Positions 9,393-17,824 of a stretch of DNA of 64,000 nucleotides are shown here, piece after piece. The position numbers and the translations under genes are program-made. The stretch's first letter is position 1. Every line of letters starts with the position of its first letter. Source of the stretch: Vicinamibacterales bacterium (GTDB lineage: Bacteria > Acidobacteriota > Vicinamibacteria > Vicinamibacterales > UBA8438); the NCBI GenBank assembly GCA_965249105.1, contig OZ252219.1, forward strand, positions 2,455,108-2,519,107, read 5' to 3'. Below the pieces are notes generated by a model. It worked only from the letters and a program-made list of their open reading frames with translations, made no database searches and had not been told where the DNA came from.

Positions 9393-9995
9393 ATGGCGAT
9401 CGACGAGGCAGAGCTTCTCAGCGGTGACGAATTCGAAGATGAGGCGATCGAGGGAATCGACCGCTTCTCCGCCAATTTGAGCGGCAAGAGCTTCTACCAA
9501 TGTGAGTTCCGCAATGTGTTGGCGGTCGAGGCAGATCTGAGCGAGTGCGTGCTGCAAAACTGCCGCCTCGAGCGCTGCGACCTGACGATGGCAGTGCTCA
9601 AGGGCGCCAGTCTACGCGGGGTGCATTTCGTCGACTGCAAACTCATGGGCATCGACTGGTCACCAGCCGGCGGGCTGACCTTCGCCGTCGGTTTCGAACG
9701 GTGCGTGCTGAGCCACGACACGTTTTCTGATCTGCGTATGAAGCAGACCAGGTTCATCGAGTGCAAGGCGCACGAAACCAACTTCGTGGGCGTCGACCTC
9801 ACCGAGGCCGACTTCAACCGGACAGATCTCACGCGCGCCAAATTCATCGACACCAACCTATCAGGCGCCGACCTGTCAACCGCGGTGCACTACGAGATCA
9901 ACCCTGAGAACAATGTGCTGCGCAAGACCCGCTTCTCGATGGAAGCCGCACTGGCGTTGGCATCGAGAATGGGCGTCATCGTCGGTCAACGCTAG
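9393..9995 (+). CDS. Pentapeptide repeat protein (MfpA/Qnr-like fold)
   Basis: A(D/N)LxX pentapeptides throughout (ADLSE, CDLTM, ADFNR, TDLTR, TNLSG, ADLST). Confidence 0.88.
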   Translation: MAIDEAELLSGDEFEDEAIEGIDRFSANLSGKSFYQCEFRNVLAVEADLSECVLQNCRLERCDLTMAVLKGASLRGVHFVDCKLMGIDWSPAGGLTFAVGFERCVLSHDTFSDLRMKQTRFIECKAHETNFVGVDLTEADFNRTDLTRAKFIDTNLSGADLSTAVHYEINPENNVLRKTRFSMEAALALASRMGVIVGQR

Positions 9996-10369
9996 TCTGG
10001 CGCCTGCGTGAGCGACAGCGTGTTGCCGTCGGGGTCCTTGAACCACGCCACCTGAGCTCCGTCTGGGCTCGTCCAGATTCCACGCTCATCCGACTCCAGA
10101 AATGAGTACCGCTCAAAGGACACGCCAGCCTTGGCGAGGTCGGTCATGGTCTGCTGGAGGTTGCGAACGCGCCACCCGAGTACCGTTCCGGGCGGTGGGC
10201 TGGCTTTCTCCACCTTCTGGATACGAACCTCAACCCCGTTGGAGTCGAACACGAGTGCGAAGGGGGAATCCGCGACGAAGCGCAGGCCGAGGGTGTCTTG
10301 GTAGAAGCTCTTCGCACGCTCCGGGTTCACCGTCGAGGCAAAGGCAACGAGCGCCGCATCGTCGAGCAT
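9992..10369 (-). CDS. VOC / glyoxalase-bleomycin resistance family protein
   Basis: AKSFYQDTLGL...VLGWRV...AWFKDPDGNTLSL. Confidence 0.9.
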   Translation of the reverse strand: MLDDAALVAFASTVNPERAKSFYQDTLGLRFVADSPFALVFDSNGVEVRIQKVEKASPPPGTVLGWRVRNLQQTMTDLAKAGVSFERYSFLESDERGIWTSPDGAQVAWFKDPDGNTLSLTQAPD

Positions 10370-10406
10370 GAGGTCGACTATACCCTGGCGGGTCTTCAGC
10401 GACCGA

Positions 10407-11183
10407 CTAGACGTCGGCGAGCGTCAAGGACACAGGCTGTTTTCCGTCGACGTCGGTGAACTGATAGTGGCGAGCCAGGCTGGCTGCCACGAGAACCTGA
10501 CCGGAGCGCTCGATGACACCTGGGTCGGCGGCGAGGGCGGCGACAGCCCGGCCGAGGAATTCAGGGCTCTCCGAATTACTGAGATCGAACACACCTGCCG
10601 ACAGCACCGCTTCGGTCCGCACCAAGCCCGGGTAGAGCGAGACCACGGCGACCCCGTGGTCACGTAGCTCGTGAGCCGCGTCAGCGGTCAACTTGTCCGT
10701 GGCCGCCTTGGCCATACCCTAGAGAGCATTGCCCACATGTTTCTGGGCTGCCCAGTGAGAGACATTGACGATCAGACCGCGACGTTTCGCGACCATCATG
10801 CGCGCCGCGTATTGGCTCGTCAGGAACGCCGCTCGCACGCCAGCGTCCATCATGGCACCCCACCGCCACTCCGGCTGCTCCCAAAAAGGTGCCGCCCAGG
10901 TGAACTGACCGTTCTCGACCATGCGTTCGTAGCCGCCCCACACGCTGTTCACGACAACATCGAGGCGACCGGTTTCGTCTGTGATCTGCTCGAACAACCG
11001 GCCAACAGACTTCTCGCGCGTGTGGTCGCAGGTCACAGTCTGGACTGGCATCTCGAAAGGGGTGTCGGCAATCGTGCGGCTTGTCGCATAGACCGTCGCC
11101 CCTGCCTTCGCGAGCCCTATCGCGATCCCGCGACCGACCCCGCGGCTCGCCCCGGTGACCAGCGCGACCTTCGAATCCAGCAT
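10407..11183 (-). pseudogene. SDR oxidoreductase interrupted by an in-frame TAG at the catalytic Tyr
   Basis: ORFs 10719-11183 and 10407-10715 are in one frame. The junction reads NAL*GMAKAATDKL, i.e. YxxxK with Y replaced by TAG (10719-10721). TGASRGVG and NVS motifs are intact. Confidence 0.85.
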
Positions 11184-11204
11184 GCGGAGTCCTTTCCACC
11201 TACC

Positions 11205-11681
11205 TCACAGTTTCTTGAAGTACCTCGCGACCGGGAACAGGCGAAAACCCGCGGACTCATACGCACGACGAGCAGGAGCATGTCCGGGGTCTCCACCCGT
11301 CTCCACCATTACCGTCGTCATCCCCGCCTGCTTGAGCCAGGCGAGCGAGTGGTTGGTGAGGGCGGTCGCGGTTCCCCGCCGCTGAAACCTGGGGTCGACC
11401 GCGATCATGTAGATCTCACCCATCCGTTCCGCGGCGTGAAGCTTGAGCGCCACGAATCCGATGGTCCGGGAACCCTCCGATGCGACCCAGACGTGCATGT
11501 CCTCTTCTGCGCAGACGGATTCGACCGCGTTCTGTTGAGACACGCGCCAGTCAGGATGTTGCTCGAGATAGACGTCGGGATCCATCGCGCGCTCGATCGA
11601 GTCAAAGACAGGCTCCCAGGCTCGTAGCGATATCCGGACGACCGCGTCGAGCTTGGAGTCATCATACGGTTCGATCTCCAC
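11205..11681 (-). CDS. GNAT N-acetyltransferase
   Basis: IYMIAVDPRFQRRGTATAL acetyl-CoA motif; ARRAYESAGF. Confidence 0.9.
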   Translation of the reverse strand: MEIEPYDDSKLDAVVRISLRAWEPVFDSIERAMDPDVYLEQHPDWRVSQQNAVESVCAEEDMHVWVASEGSRTIGFVALKLHAAERMGEIYMIAVDPRFQRRGTATALTNHSLAWLKQAGMTTVMVETGGDPGHAPARRAYESAGFRLFPVARYFKKL

Positions 11682-11857
11682 AACCGCTGCAGTCTAGGGT
11701 GACGCCGGGCCGGACACAATAGGACAATGTCGCCTCCAGCATCCGGCTTGCAGGATTCCTCCAGGGCGGCGGTCCTCCCTTTCACATTCAGACCTACCCG
11801 AGTAGCTAGCCGATCTTCGTGAGTTGGAAGGCGCTAGAATCCGGCATCGAGTCAGGC

Positions 11858-13078
11858 GTGACTGAAAGCACCGGCTGTTGCGTCGTCGGCGGAGGCCCAG
11901 CCGGCGTGATCCTCGCCCTGCTGTTGTCCCGCCAGGGCGTGTCGACAGTTCTCCTCGAGGCCAAAGAGGACTTCGACCGGGACTTCCGCGGCGATACCGT
12001 ACACCCCTCCACGCTCGAGATGCTCGACGACCTCGGACTCGCCGATCCGTTGCTCGCTCGTGATCACGCCAAGCTGAGGCGCATGACCCTCCAGAGCGGT
12101 CAGACCGCCGCTGTCGTCGCCGACTTCACTCGGACTCGAACGCGTTTCCCCTTCATCGCCATGATCCCCCAGGTGGAGTTTCTCAACTTCATCGTCGGGG
12201 AAGCGAGCAAGCACGGCTGCTTCGACCTGCGACTCGGTACTCGGGTGAGCGAGTTGATCATCGAGGGTGGCGCGGTCCGGGGCGTCCGCTACCGGGACCG
12301 GGGTGGTGAGCGCGAACTGCGAGCGTCGCTCACCGTTGCCGCCGACGGCCGAGCCTCACGGCTCCGCGCACTCGCCGGTTTCATGGCGAGGAAAACCGCC
12401 GCCCCCATGGACGTGCTGTGGCTGGTGCTGCCCCGCCGCGACGATGAGCCGGTGATTGACATCACCGGGTTTCGGATCGGGCGCGGTCGTCTGGTCGTGG
12501 TGTTGGCACGCGCCGGACAGTGGCAGCTCGGTTACGTCATTCTCAAGGGGGACGGCTACTCGGTTCGGGAGGCGGGGTTGGACGCCTTGCGTGCTGAGGT
12601 CGCCGAGCTGCTCCCCGAGTTGGCCGACCGAGTGGACGCCATCAAAGATTGGCAAGATGTTCACTTCCTGTCGGTGGAGTCGAGTCGCATCCCGACTTGG
12701 CACCGGGAAGGGCTGCTGGCCATCGGCGACGCCGCTCACGTGATGTCGCCCGTTGGCGGTGTCGGCATCAACTACGCGATTCAGGATGCCGTAGCCGCGG
12801 CCAACCTCCTGACCGAACCTCTCCTTGCAGGGAACGTGACGAATGGCCACCTGGCAGCTGTGCAACAGCGCAGGGAGTTCCCGACACGGTTCATCCAGGG
12901 CTTCCAAGGTCTCGTGCAACACCAGCTGGTTGCGCGGGCACTTGAGGACAAGCCGTTCCGACTGCCACTACCTGCCCGGATGCTCTTGGCCCTCCCCTTC
13001 CTCCGAAGCCTCCCGGCCCGACTGATCGGTTGGGGTGTCAGACCGGAAAGGGTTCAGCTGACTGGAGTCAGGTCGTAG
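11858..13078 (+). CDS. FAD-dependent oxidoreductase / monooxygenase (UbiH/PheA-like)
   Basis: VVGGGPAG, VAADGRAS, IGDAAHVMSPVGGVGINYAIQDA. Confidence 0.9.
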   Translation: MTESTGCCVVGGGPAGVILALLLSRQGVSTVLLEAKEDFDRDFRGDTVHPSTLEMLDDLGLADPLLARDHAKLRRMTLQSGQTAAVVADFTRTRTRFPFIAMIPQVEFLNFIVGEASKHGCFDLRLGTRVSELIIEGGAVRGVRYRDRGGERELRASLTVAADGRASRLRALAGFMARKTAAPMDVLWLVLPRRDDEPVIDITGFRIGRGRLVVVLARAGQWQLGYVILKGDGYSVREAGLDALRAEVAELLPELADRVDAIKDWQDVHFLSVESSRIPTWHREGLLAIGDAAHVMSPVGGVGINYAIQDAVAAANLLTEPLLAGNVTNGHLAAVQQRREFPTRFIQGFQGLVQHQLVARALEDKPFRLPLPARMLLALPFLRSLPARLIGWGVRPERVQLTGVRS

Positions 13079-13087
13079 GTTGAACGC

Positions 13088-13786
13088 TCAGGGATTCCGG
13101 CGGTAGAGGTTCGCGCGACCCTCTTTTCCGGCGAAGTCGACCACACCCATCCTACGGAGGGCGTAGGTCATCTTCTCGGCCAGCCACCGAGGGCGCTTGA
13201 GGGCTCCTGCTAGGTCGCGGTTGGTGAAGGTCTCGCCAAGGCCAGCCGGAAGGAGCGCCGCATAGTCCTCGGGACCGTTGAAAAGCGCCCGTTCCGTGAC
13301 CTCGACCAGCCGGCGGTCGTGGGAGCTCCACCCGCCGCGACGCCAGCGCCGGCCCGTTTGACGTCGCACGTCCTCTTCAACGATGAGGAGCACCTCGAGT
13401 GAGAAGTTCTTCCTCAGCGCGAGCTCGGGGATGCTGACCAACTCCTCGAAGAGCGCGAGGACGTCTCGGTGCAAGGGTGACCGCCTCCGGCCCAGGACCT
13501 CGGAGCCATCGGGAGACTCGCGTACGATCCACCTGTCGCGGGCTACGGGGTAAACCAACCGCACGGGGCGAGACTCCGTTAGCTTCACCAGCTTTTCCCT
13601 TATCGCCGAGAAGTTCCGCGTTTGAATCTCGATCACGTTCCGGCCGCGGAGGATGTCGACGACGAACCCACCGAGGTTCTGCTCAACCCGGTCCCCTCTC
13701 TTTCTCAGGAGCGTCTTGAGCGCTGCGTGGAGAGACTTTTCGCCCAGCGTTCCGATGCCGCTGGAAGATCGACGACGCGTGGGCAT
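13088..13786 (-). CDS. Conserved hypothetical protein, probable PD-(D/E)xK nuclease fold with a C-terminal wHTH-like region
   Basis: IGTLGEKSLHAALK, then VVDILRGRNVIEIQT (D-x8-E-x-Q). C-terminal FTNRDLAGALKRPRWLAEKMTYALRRMG. Confidence 0.6.
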   Translation of the reverse strand: MPTRRRSSSGIGTLGEKSLHAALKTLLRKRGDRVEQNLGGFVVDILRGRNVIEIQTRNFSAIREKLVKLTESRPVRLVYPVARDRWIVRESPDGSEVLGRRRSPLHRDVLALFEELVSIPELALRKNFSLEVLLIVEEDVRRQTGRRWRRGGWSSHDRRLVEVTERALFNGPEDYAALLPAGLGETFTNRDLAGALKRPRWLAEKMTYALRRMGVVDFAGKEGRANLYRRNP

Positions 13787-13829
13787 GTGAGGGTGAGCTC
13801 TGCCTACTGCGTCGAGGCAATCGACGAGG

Positions 13830-15410
13830 TCATATCGCTCTCGTCTGCGTTTGCGAGTCAGGTGGGTTCAACATCGTCGTCAGCGCGCCTCCGGTACCGG
13901 CGTCTCGTGAGGTGGTGGCAATCGAGGCTACCGGCACGTGTAGGTCCCACCACTCGTCAGCCCGTCGGGTGTCCCACGGTTGGCTGAGCGGAACCTCGCG
14001 CAAGGCGTTGGCCATCTCTCTTCCGTCTTGGAAGCGGTCGGCCGGATCCTTCTCGAGACACTTCATGATGATCGCTTCGAGTGCGGGCGGTATGGGTAGC
14101 TCGGTGCGCGTAGAAGGCGGAAGTGGCGTCGTCTTGACATGCTCGATGATCTGCGCCCGGCCGCTGTCGGTCTCGAACACGAGTTTTCCGGTCGTTAGCC
14201 AATAGGCGACACAACCGAGCGCATAGATGTCCGAGCGGTTGTCGACGCGGTTCTCCTGCACGAACGTTTCCGGAGCCATGTAGGCGGGAGTCCCGGCGGT
14301 CGTGCCTTCCTCGGTCAGCCGCCCGGACTGCGTCGCCGGCTGGTCGTGTTGCACGAGACCAAAATCGAGGAGCTTGATGTGGTCGCGGCTCGGCCCCAAG
14401 CGGGAAAGAAACAGGTTGGCCGGCTTGATGTCTCGATGGACCATACCGCTGTCATGAGCGTCCGCCAAGGAGTCGCAGGCTTGGATTAATAGGTGGACGA
14501 CACGCTCCGCCGGGACCGCTCCGAATTGCTCGACGAGTGATTGCAGGTCGAGGCCGTCGAGGAACTCCATGGCGTAAAAGAAGTGCCCGTCCTCGGTGAC
14601 GCCGAAATCGTAGACCTCGATTGTGTGAGGGGAGCGTAGCGCGGCGGTGGCCTTGGCCTCACGCTTGAAGCGCTGCAGCACCCGGCGAGCATGATCCGCG
14701 CCCACACCCTTGATCTTGTCTTCGCGAATCAGCTTGATTGCCGTCGGCCGGGCCAGCGTCTCGTGGCGCCCGCGCCAGACCTCGCCCATCCCGCCGCTAC
14801 CGATGCGCTCCTCGAGGTCGTAGAAGGTTCGCTTACGTTGATCGTACGCGAAGGTGAACAAGGTAAATTTCACGAACGCGGCGAAGATCGCCACCGCCGC
14901 ACTGGCCCCGAGCATGAGCGTCGTCTCGAACAGCCGGCCGGCCGCCAGCGCATCGAAGGCGTCTCGCGAATCGGGTTGGCTGGCACGCACGACCAACGCC
15001 GCCGCCACCGGTACGGCGCCAATCAGCACCACGCCGACGACGGCGCGTATCAGAGGGTTGAGGACAAAGACGCCGTAGCCGATCATCAGCAACCCGAAGC
15101 TCGTCAGCGTGCCTGTCCAAGCGGCGGCGCCGGCCCCGAGGTCGGGGGTACCGCCCGCATACGTTCTCGCCGCGAGATAGAGCGACAACGTAGCAAAGAC
15201 CACGGCCTCCACGATGCGCAGCTGGCGTAACCGCCAGCGCGACCGCGTGATGATGAGCGCTGTGACCGCGGCCAGGACGACCAGAACGAATCCGCACGCC
15301 AGTAGCCAACCCCGCCCGATCGAGCTGGCATTACGCAATGTGACGATGGCGAGTCCTATGAACACCGCCGCCGTGAAGGCGCTCAAGAGACGTTGGCCAA
15401 GGTTGGCCAC
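13830..15410 (-). CDS. Membrane-anchored Hanks-type Ser/Thr kinase (N-terminal TM bundle, C-terminal kinase); true start may be 15548 with a premature TGA
   Basis: IGSGGMGEVW, AIK, HRDIKPAN, DFG, YMAPE. About six TM segments precede the kinase domain. Confidence 0.88.
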   Translation of the reverse strand: MANLGQRLLSAFTAAVFIGLAIVTLRNASSIGRGWLLACGFVLVVLAAVTALIITRSRWRLRQLRIVEAVVFATLSLYLAARTYAGGTPDLGAGAAAWTGTLTSFGLLMIGYGVFVLNPLIRAVVGVVLIGAVPVAAALVVRASQPDSRDAFDALAAGRLFETTLMLGASAAVAIFAAFVKFTLFTFAYDQRKRTFYDLEERIGSGGMGEVWRGRHETLARPTAIKLIREDKIKGVGADHARRVLQRFKREAKATAALRSPHTIEVYDFGVTEDGHFFYAMEFLDGLDLQSLVEQFGAVPAERVVHLLIQACDSLADAHDSGMVHRDIKPANLFLSRLGPSRDHIKLLDFGLVQHDQPATQSGRLTEEGTTAGTPAYMAPETFVQENRVDNRSDIYALGCVAYWLTTGKLVFETDSGRAQIIEHVKTTPLPPSTRTELPIPPALEAIIMKCLEKDPADRFQDGREMANALREVPLSQPWDTRRADEWWDLHVPVASIATTSRDAGTGGALTTMLNPPDSQTQTRAI

Positions 15411-15618
15411 CGCATCGTTGCGGGCTTCCCGACCGGGAAGCAGGCCGGTCTCCGGTCAGAGGTGGAGAAACTCCTGGCTGGGCGAAGCGGCATCCTTCGG
15501 AGCCAGTTTCGTCGCGGTCGTTCCTACGTGTGCGTCCGTGTCGCTCATGACGTTGCGGATGAAAACTCGGTCGAATGGACCCGAACATAGCACAACGAAG
15601 GACAGACCACGCCGGGCT

Positions 15619-16923
15619 CTAGAAGAAGAAGAACGTGCGTCCGCCGCCGTCGAACCGTGGGTTCACGATGTTGTTGAAGATGGAACCGAAGGTGTAGCGC
15701 AGGTTGACACTGAATGCGTAGTCGAAATCTGTCAGCAGCGCGCGTTGCCTCAACAGGACTTCCTCGTCGGATGCCTCGCGGCGCGGCAGGAAGAGCTGGT
15801 CTCGCACGCGGGACAGGCTGCCAAAGAAGTTGACCGAGAGTCCCCGGACAATACGGACGTTCGCGTTCCCGAATACGGCGATGCGATTCTTTCCAGAATC
15901 GTGTAAGAAGTGGGACGCTGTGAACGCCATGCTGGTGGAACCCCACGGTTGTTGGAGGCCGAGGGATGCGGTCAACATCTGTTCGTAGAGTGTCTCCTGA
16001 GTGACCTCGAAGATCGTTTCTTCTTGGTATTCCACATGCGACACGCCAAAGCGGTACTGGAACGTGAACTGCCGACGACTGGATTCCGCATAAGGGAAGA
16101 TGTTGTATTCCACCGTTGGCTGGATGTTGAGCCGAATGTCCTGGTTCGAAAACGTCGACGAGGTGATCGAGGCGCGTCCCCCCACGCCCCAGTGCGGACC
16201 GGCACTCTTGACGAGAAGGACATCTGTACCTGATGACCTGCGGAGACTGGTGGTCGTCGACTTGTCGGAGAGCTCGAAGTCATCCTCTGAATAGCTCGCG
16301 CTCGCCCCCCAATTGAATTTCCAGTTTTCTGACGTCCGGCTCGCCGATGAGGAGCCTCTAATACTGGCCGACGAGGTGCGAGACTGTGCGCGGGTCGATC
16401 CCCCGGCCGAGGCGGCGAAGACCCACAGATTCCACGGGTCGTTCTCTGGCGTGATCTGGTCCGGCGTGAGGGCGTCAGGCCGGTCGTACTCGATGCGGAG
16501 GAACTCAGCTGCCGGCGTCTCATCGGCATAGCGAATCAGACCCATCTTGAATCGCTCGATCAAGTCGCGCCGACGTTCATCCTGCGTATCGGTGTCTGAT
16601 GATGAGTGGGTCGCCGAGTGATCTGAGCCAGCGAAGTCTCCGCGGCCGATGAACTGGATGTCGAACGCCGTGCCCGCGGCTGTACCGACCGAGGTAACGA
16701 ACAGATGTACATCTGCATCCTCGCGGTCTCGCACCCAGGTAACCCAGTCAATTTCCCGGCGGATCAGGTCGAAGTCGCATCCGAACGTTTGGCAGTCCAG
16801 GAACACACGGACGTACTCAGAGTCGCTGGCATCCTGCGCCAGGACTGGTGACGTATAGATGCCGAACAGCGTCAGCATCCCGAAAAGAAGTGTCCTTGAC
16901 CTCGACCTGACCGACTTAGGCAA
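15619..16923 (-). CDS. Hypothetical outer-membrane beta-barrel protein
   Basis: Signal peptide, VRVFLDCQTFGC N-domain, alternating beta-strand pattern and aromatic C-terminus (TFFFF). Confidence 0.7.
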   Translation of the reverse strand: MPKSVRSRSRTLLFGMLTLFGIYTSPVLAQDASDSEYVRVFLDCQTFGCDFDLIRREIDWVTWVRDREDADVHLFVTSVGTAAGTAFDIQFIGRGDFAGSDHSATHSSSDTDTQDERRRDLIERFKMGLIRYADETPAAEFLRIEYDRPDALTPDQITPENDPWNLWVFAASAGGSTRAQSRTSSASIRGSSSASRTSENWKFNWGASASYSEDDFELSDKSTTTSLRRSSGTDVLLVKSAGPHWGVGGRASITSSTFSNQDIRLNIQPTVEYNIFPYAESSRRQFTFQYRFGVSHVEYQEETIFEVTQETLYEQMLTASLGLQQPWGSTSMAFTASHFLHDSGKNRIAVFGNANVRIVRGLSVNFFGSLSRVRDQLFLPRREASDEEVLLRQRALLTDFDYAFSVNLRYTFGSIFNNIVNPRFDGGGRTFFFF

Positions 16924-17041
16924 CGACTAGGTGCCTTGTGGGACCACCCTCGAGGATTCGAGCATCAATTCCGACCAAGCTAGGGGGGAACGAGGGTGCT
17001 GTCAAGGCTTCGCCCGAGGGGACCGTGCGAGACTACCGCCT

Positions 17042-17575
17042 GTGATTGAACTGCACACCGGCACGACGAAGGACATGCCGCCGTCCCTCTTGCGCAACGT
17101 GCGAGCCTTGCTCGACACCGCGTTTGAAGGTGACTTCTCCGAGGAGGACTGGGACCACGCCACCGGTGGAGTGCACGTGTGGCAGACGGGTTCGAGCGGT
17201 GTGATCAGTCACGGATCGCTGGTCGCGCGCACGCTCGTGTGTTCGGGCGCAGCGCTCCAGGTCGGGTTCGTGGAGGCAATGGCCACCGAGGCGTCGCACC
17301 AACGACAGGGCCACGGAGCAGCGGTCATGCGGCAGATCGGAGGACTGATTCAAGAGCGGTATCCGCTGGGTGCGCTGTCAACCGGGACCCATTCCTTCTA
17401 CGAGACCCTCGGTTGGGAGCGCTGGCTTGGACCGACGTTTGTGGACGGACCCAACGGCCGTGAACGCACACCAGCCGATGATGGTGACGTCATGATTCTC
17501 CGCACGCCACGATCACCGCGACTTGAGCTCGACGGAGAAATCGTCTGCGACTGGCGCCCCGGGGACGTCTGGTAG
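17042..17575 (+). CDS. GNAT acetyltransferase similar to aminoglycoside 2'-N-acetyltransferase AAC(2')-I
   Basis: AFEGDFSEEDWDHATGG, GFVEAMAT, QRQGHG, LGALS, GWERWLGPT, RTPADDG all parallel the mycobacterial AAC(2')-I layout. Confidence 0.75.
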   Translation: MIELHTGTTKDMPPSLLRNVRALLDTAFEGDFSEEDWDHATGGVHVWQTGSSGVISHGSLVARTLVCSGAALQVGFVEAMATEASHQRQGHGAAVMRQIGGLIQERYPLGALSTGTHSFYETLGWERWLGPTFVDGPNGRERTPADDGDVMILRTPRSPRLELDGEIVCDWRPGDVW

Positions 17576-17824
17576 CGAGCCCAGGAGTGTTCTAGACGTG
17601 CGCTCGCCCTTCGTCAGCATCGCGCCACGAGAAGATGTTGCCGGTGACCCTCAGGCCCTCGCGTCGCCGGAGTATCGCGAGGGCTACACCGAGCACAAGG
17701 CCGACGAGGGCGCAGCAGACCGCGAGCCACCAGATCTGGGGACTCACCAGTGTGAGAAGCCCAGCCAGGGCGACCACACTCAGTCCACCGACTCCCGGAA
17801 CCGGTCCACCACTAAGGTTTATGC

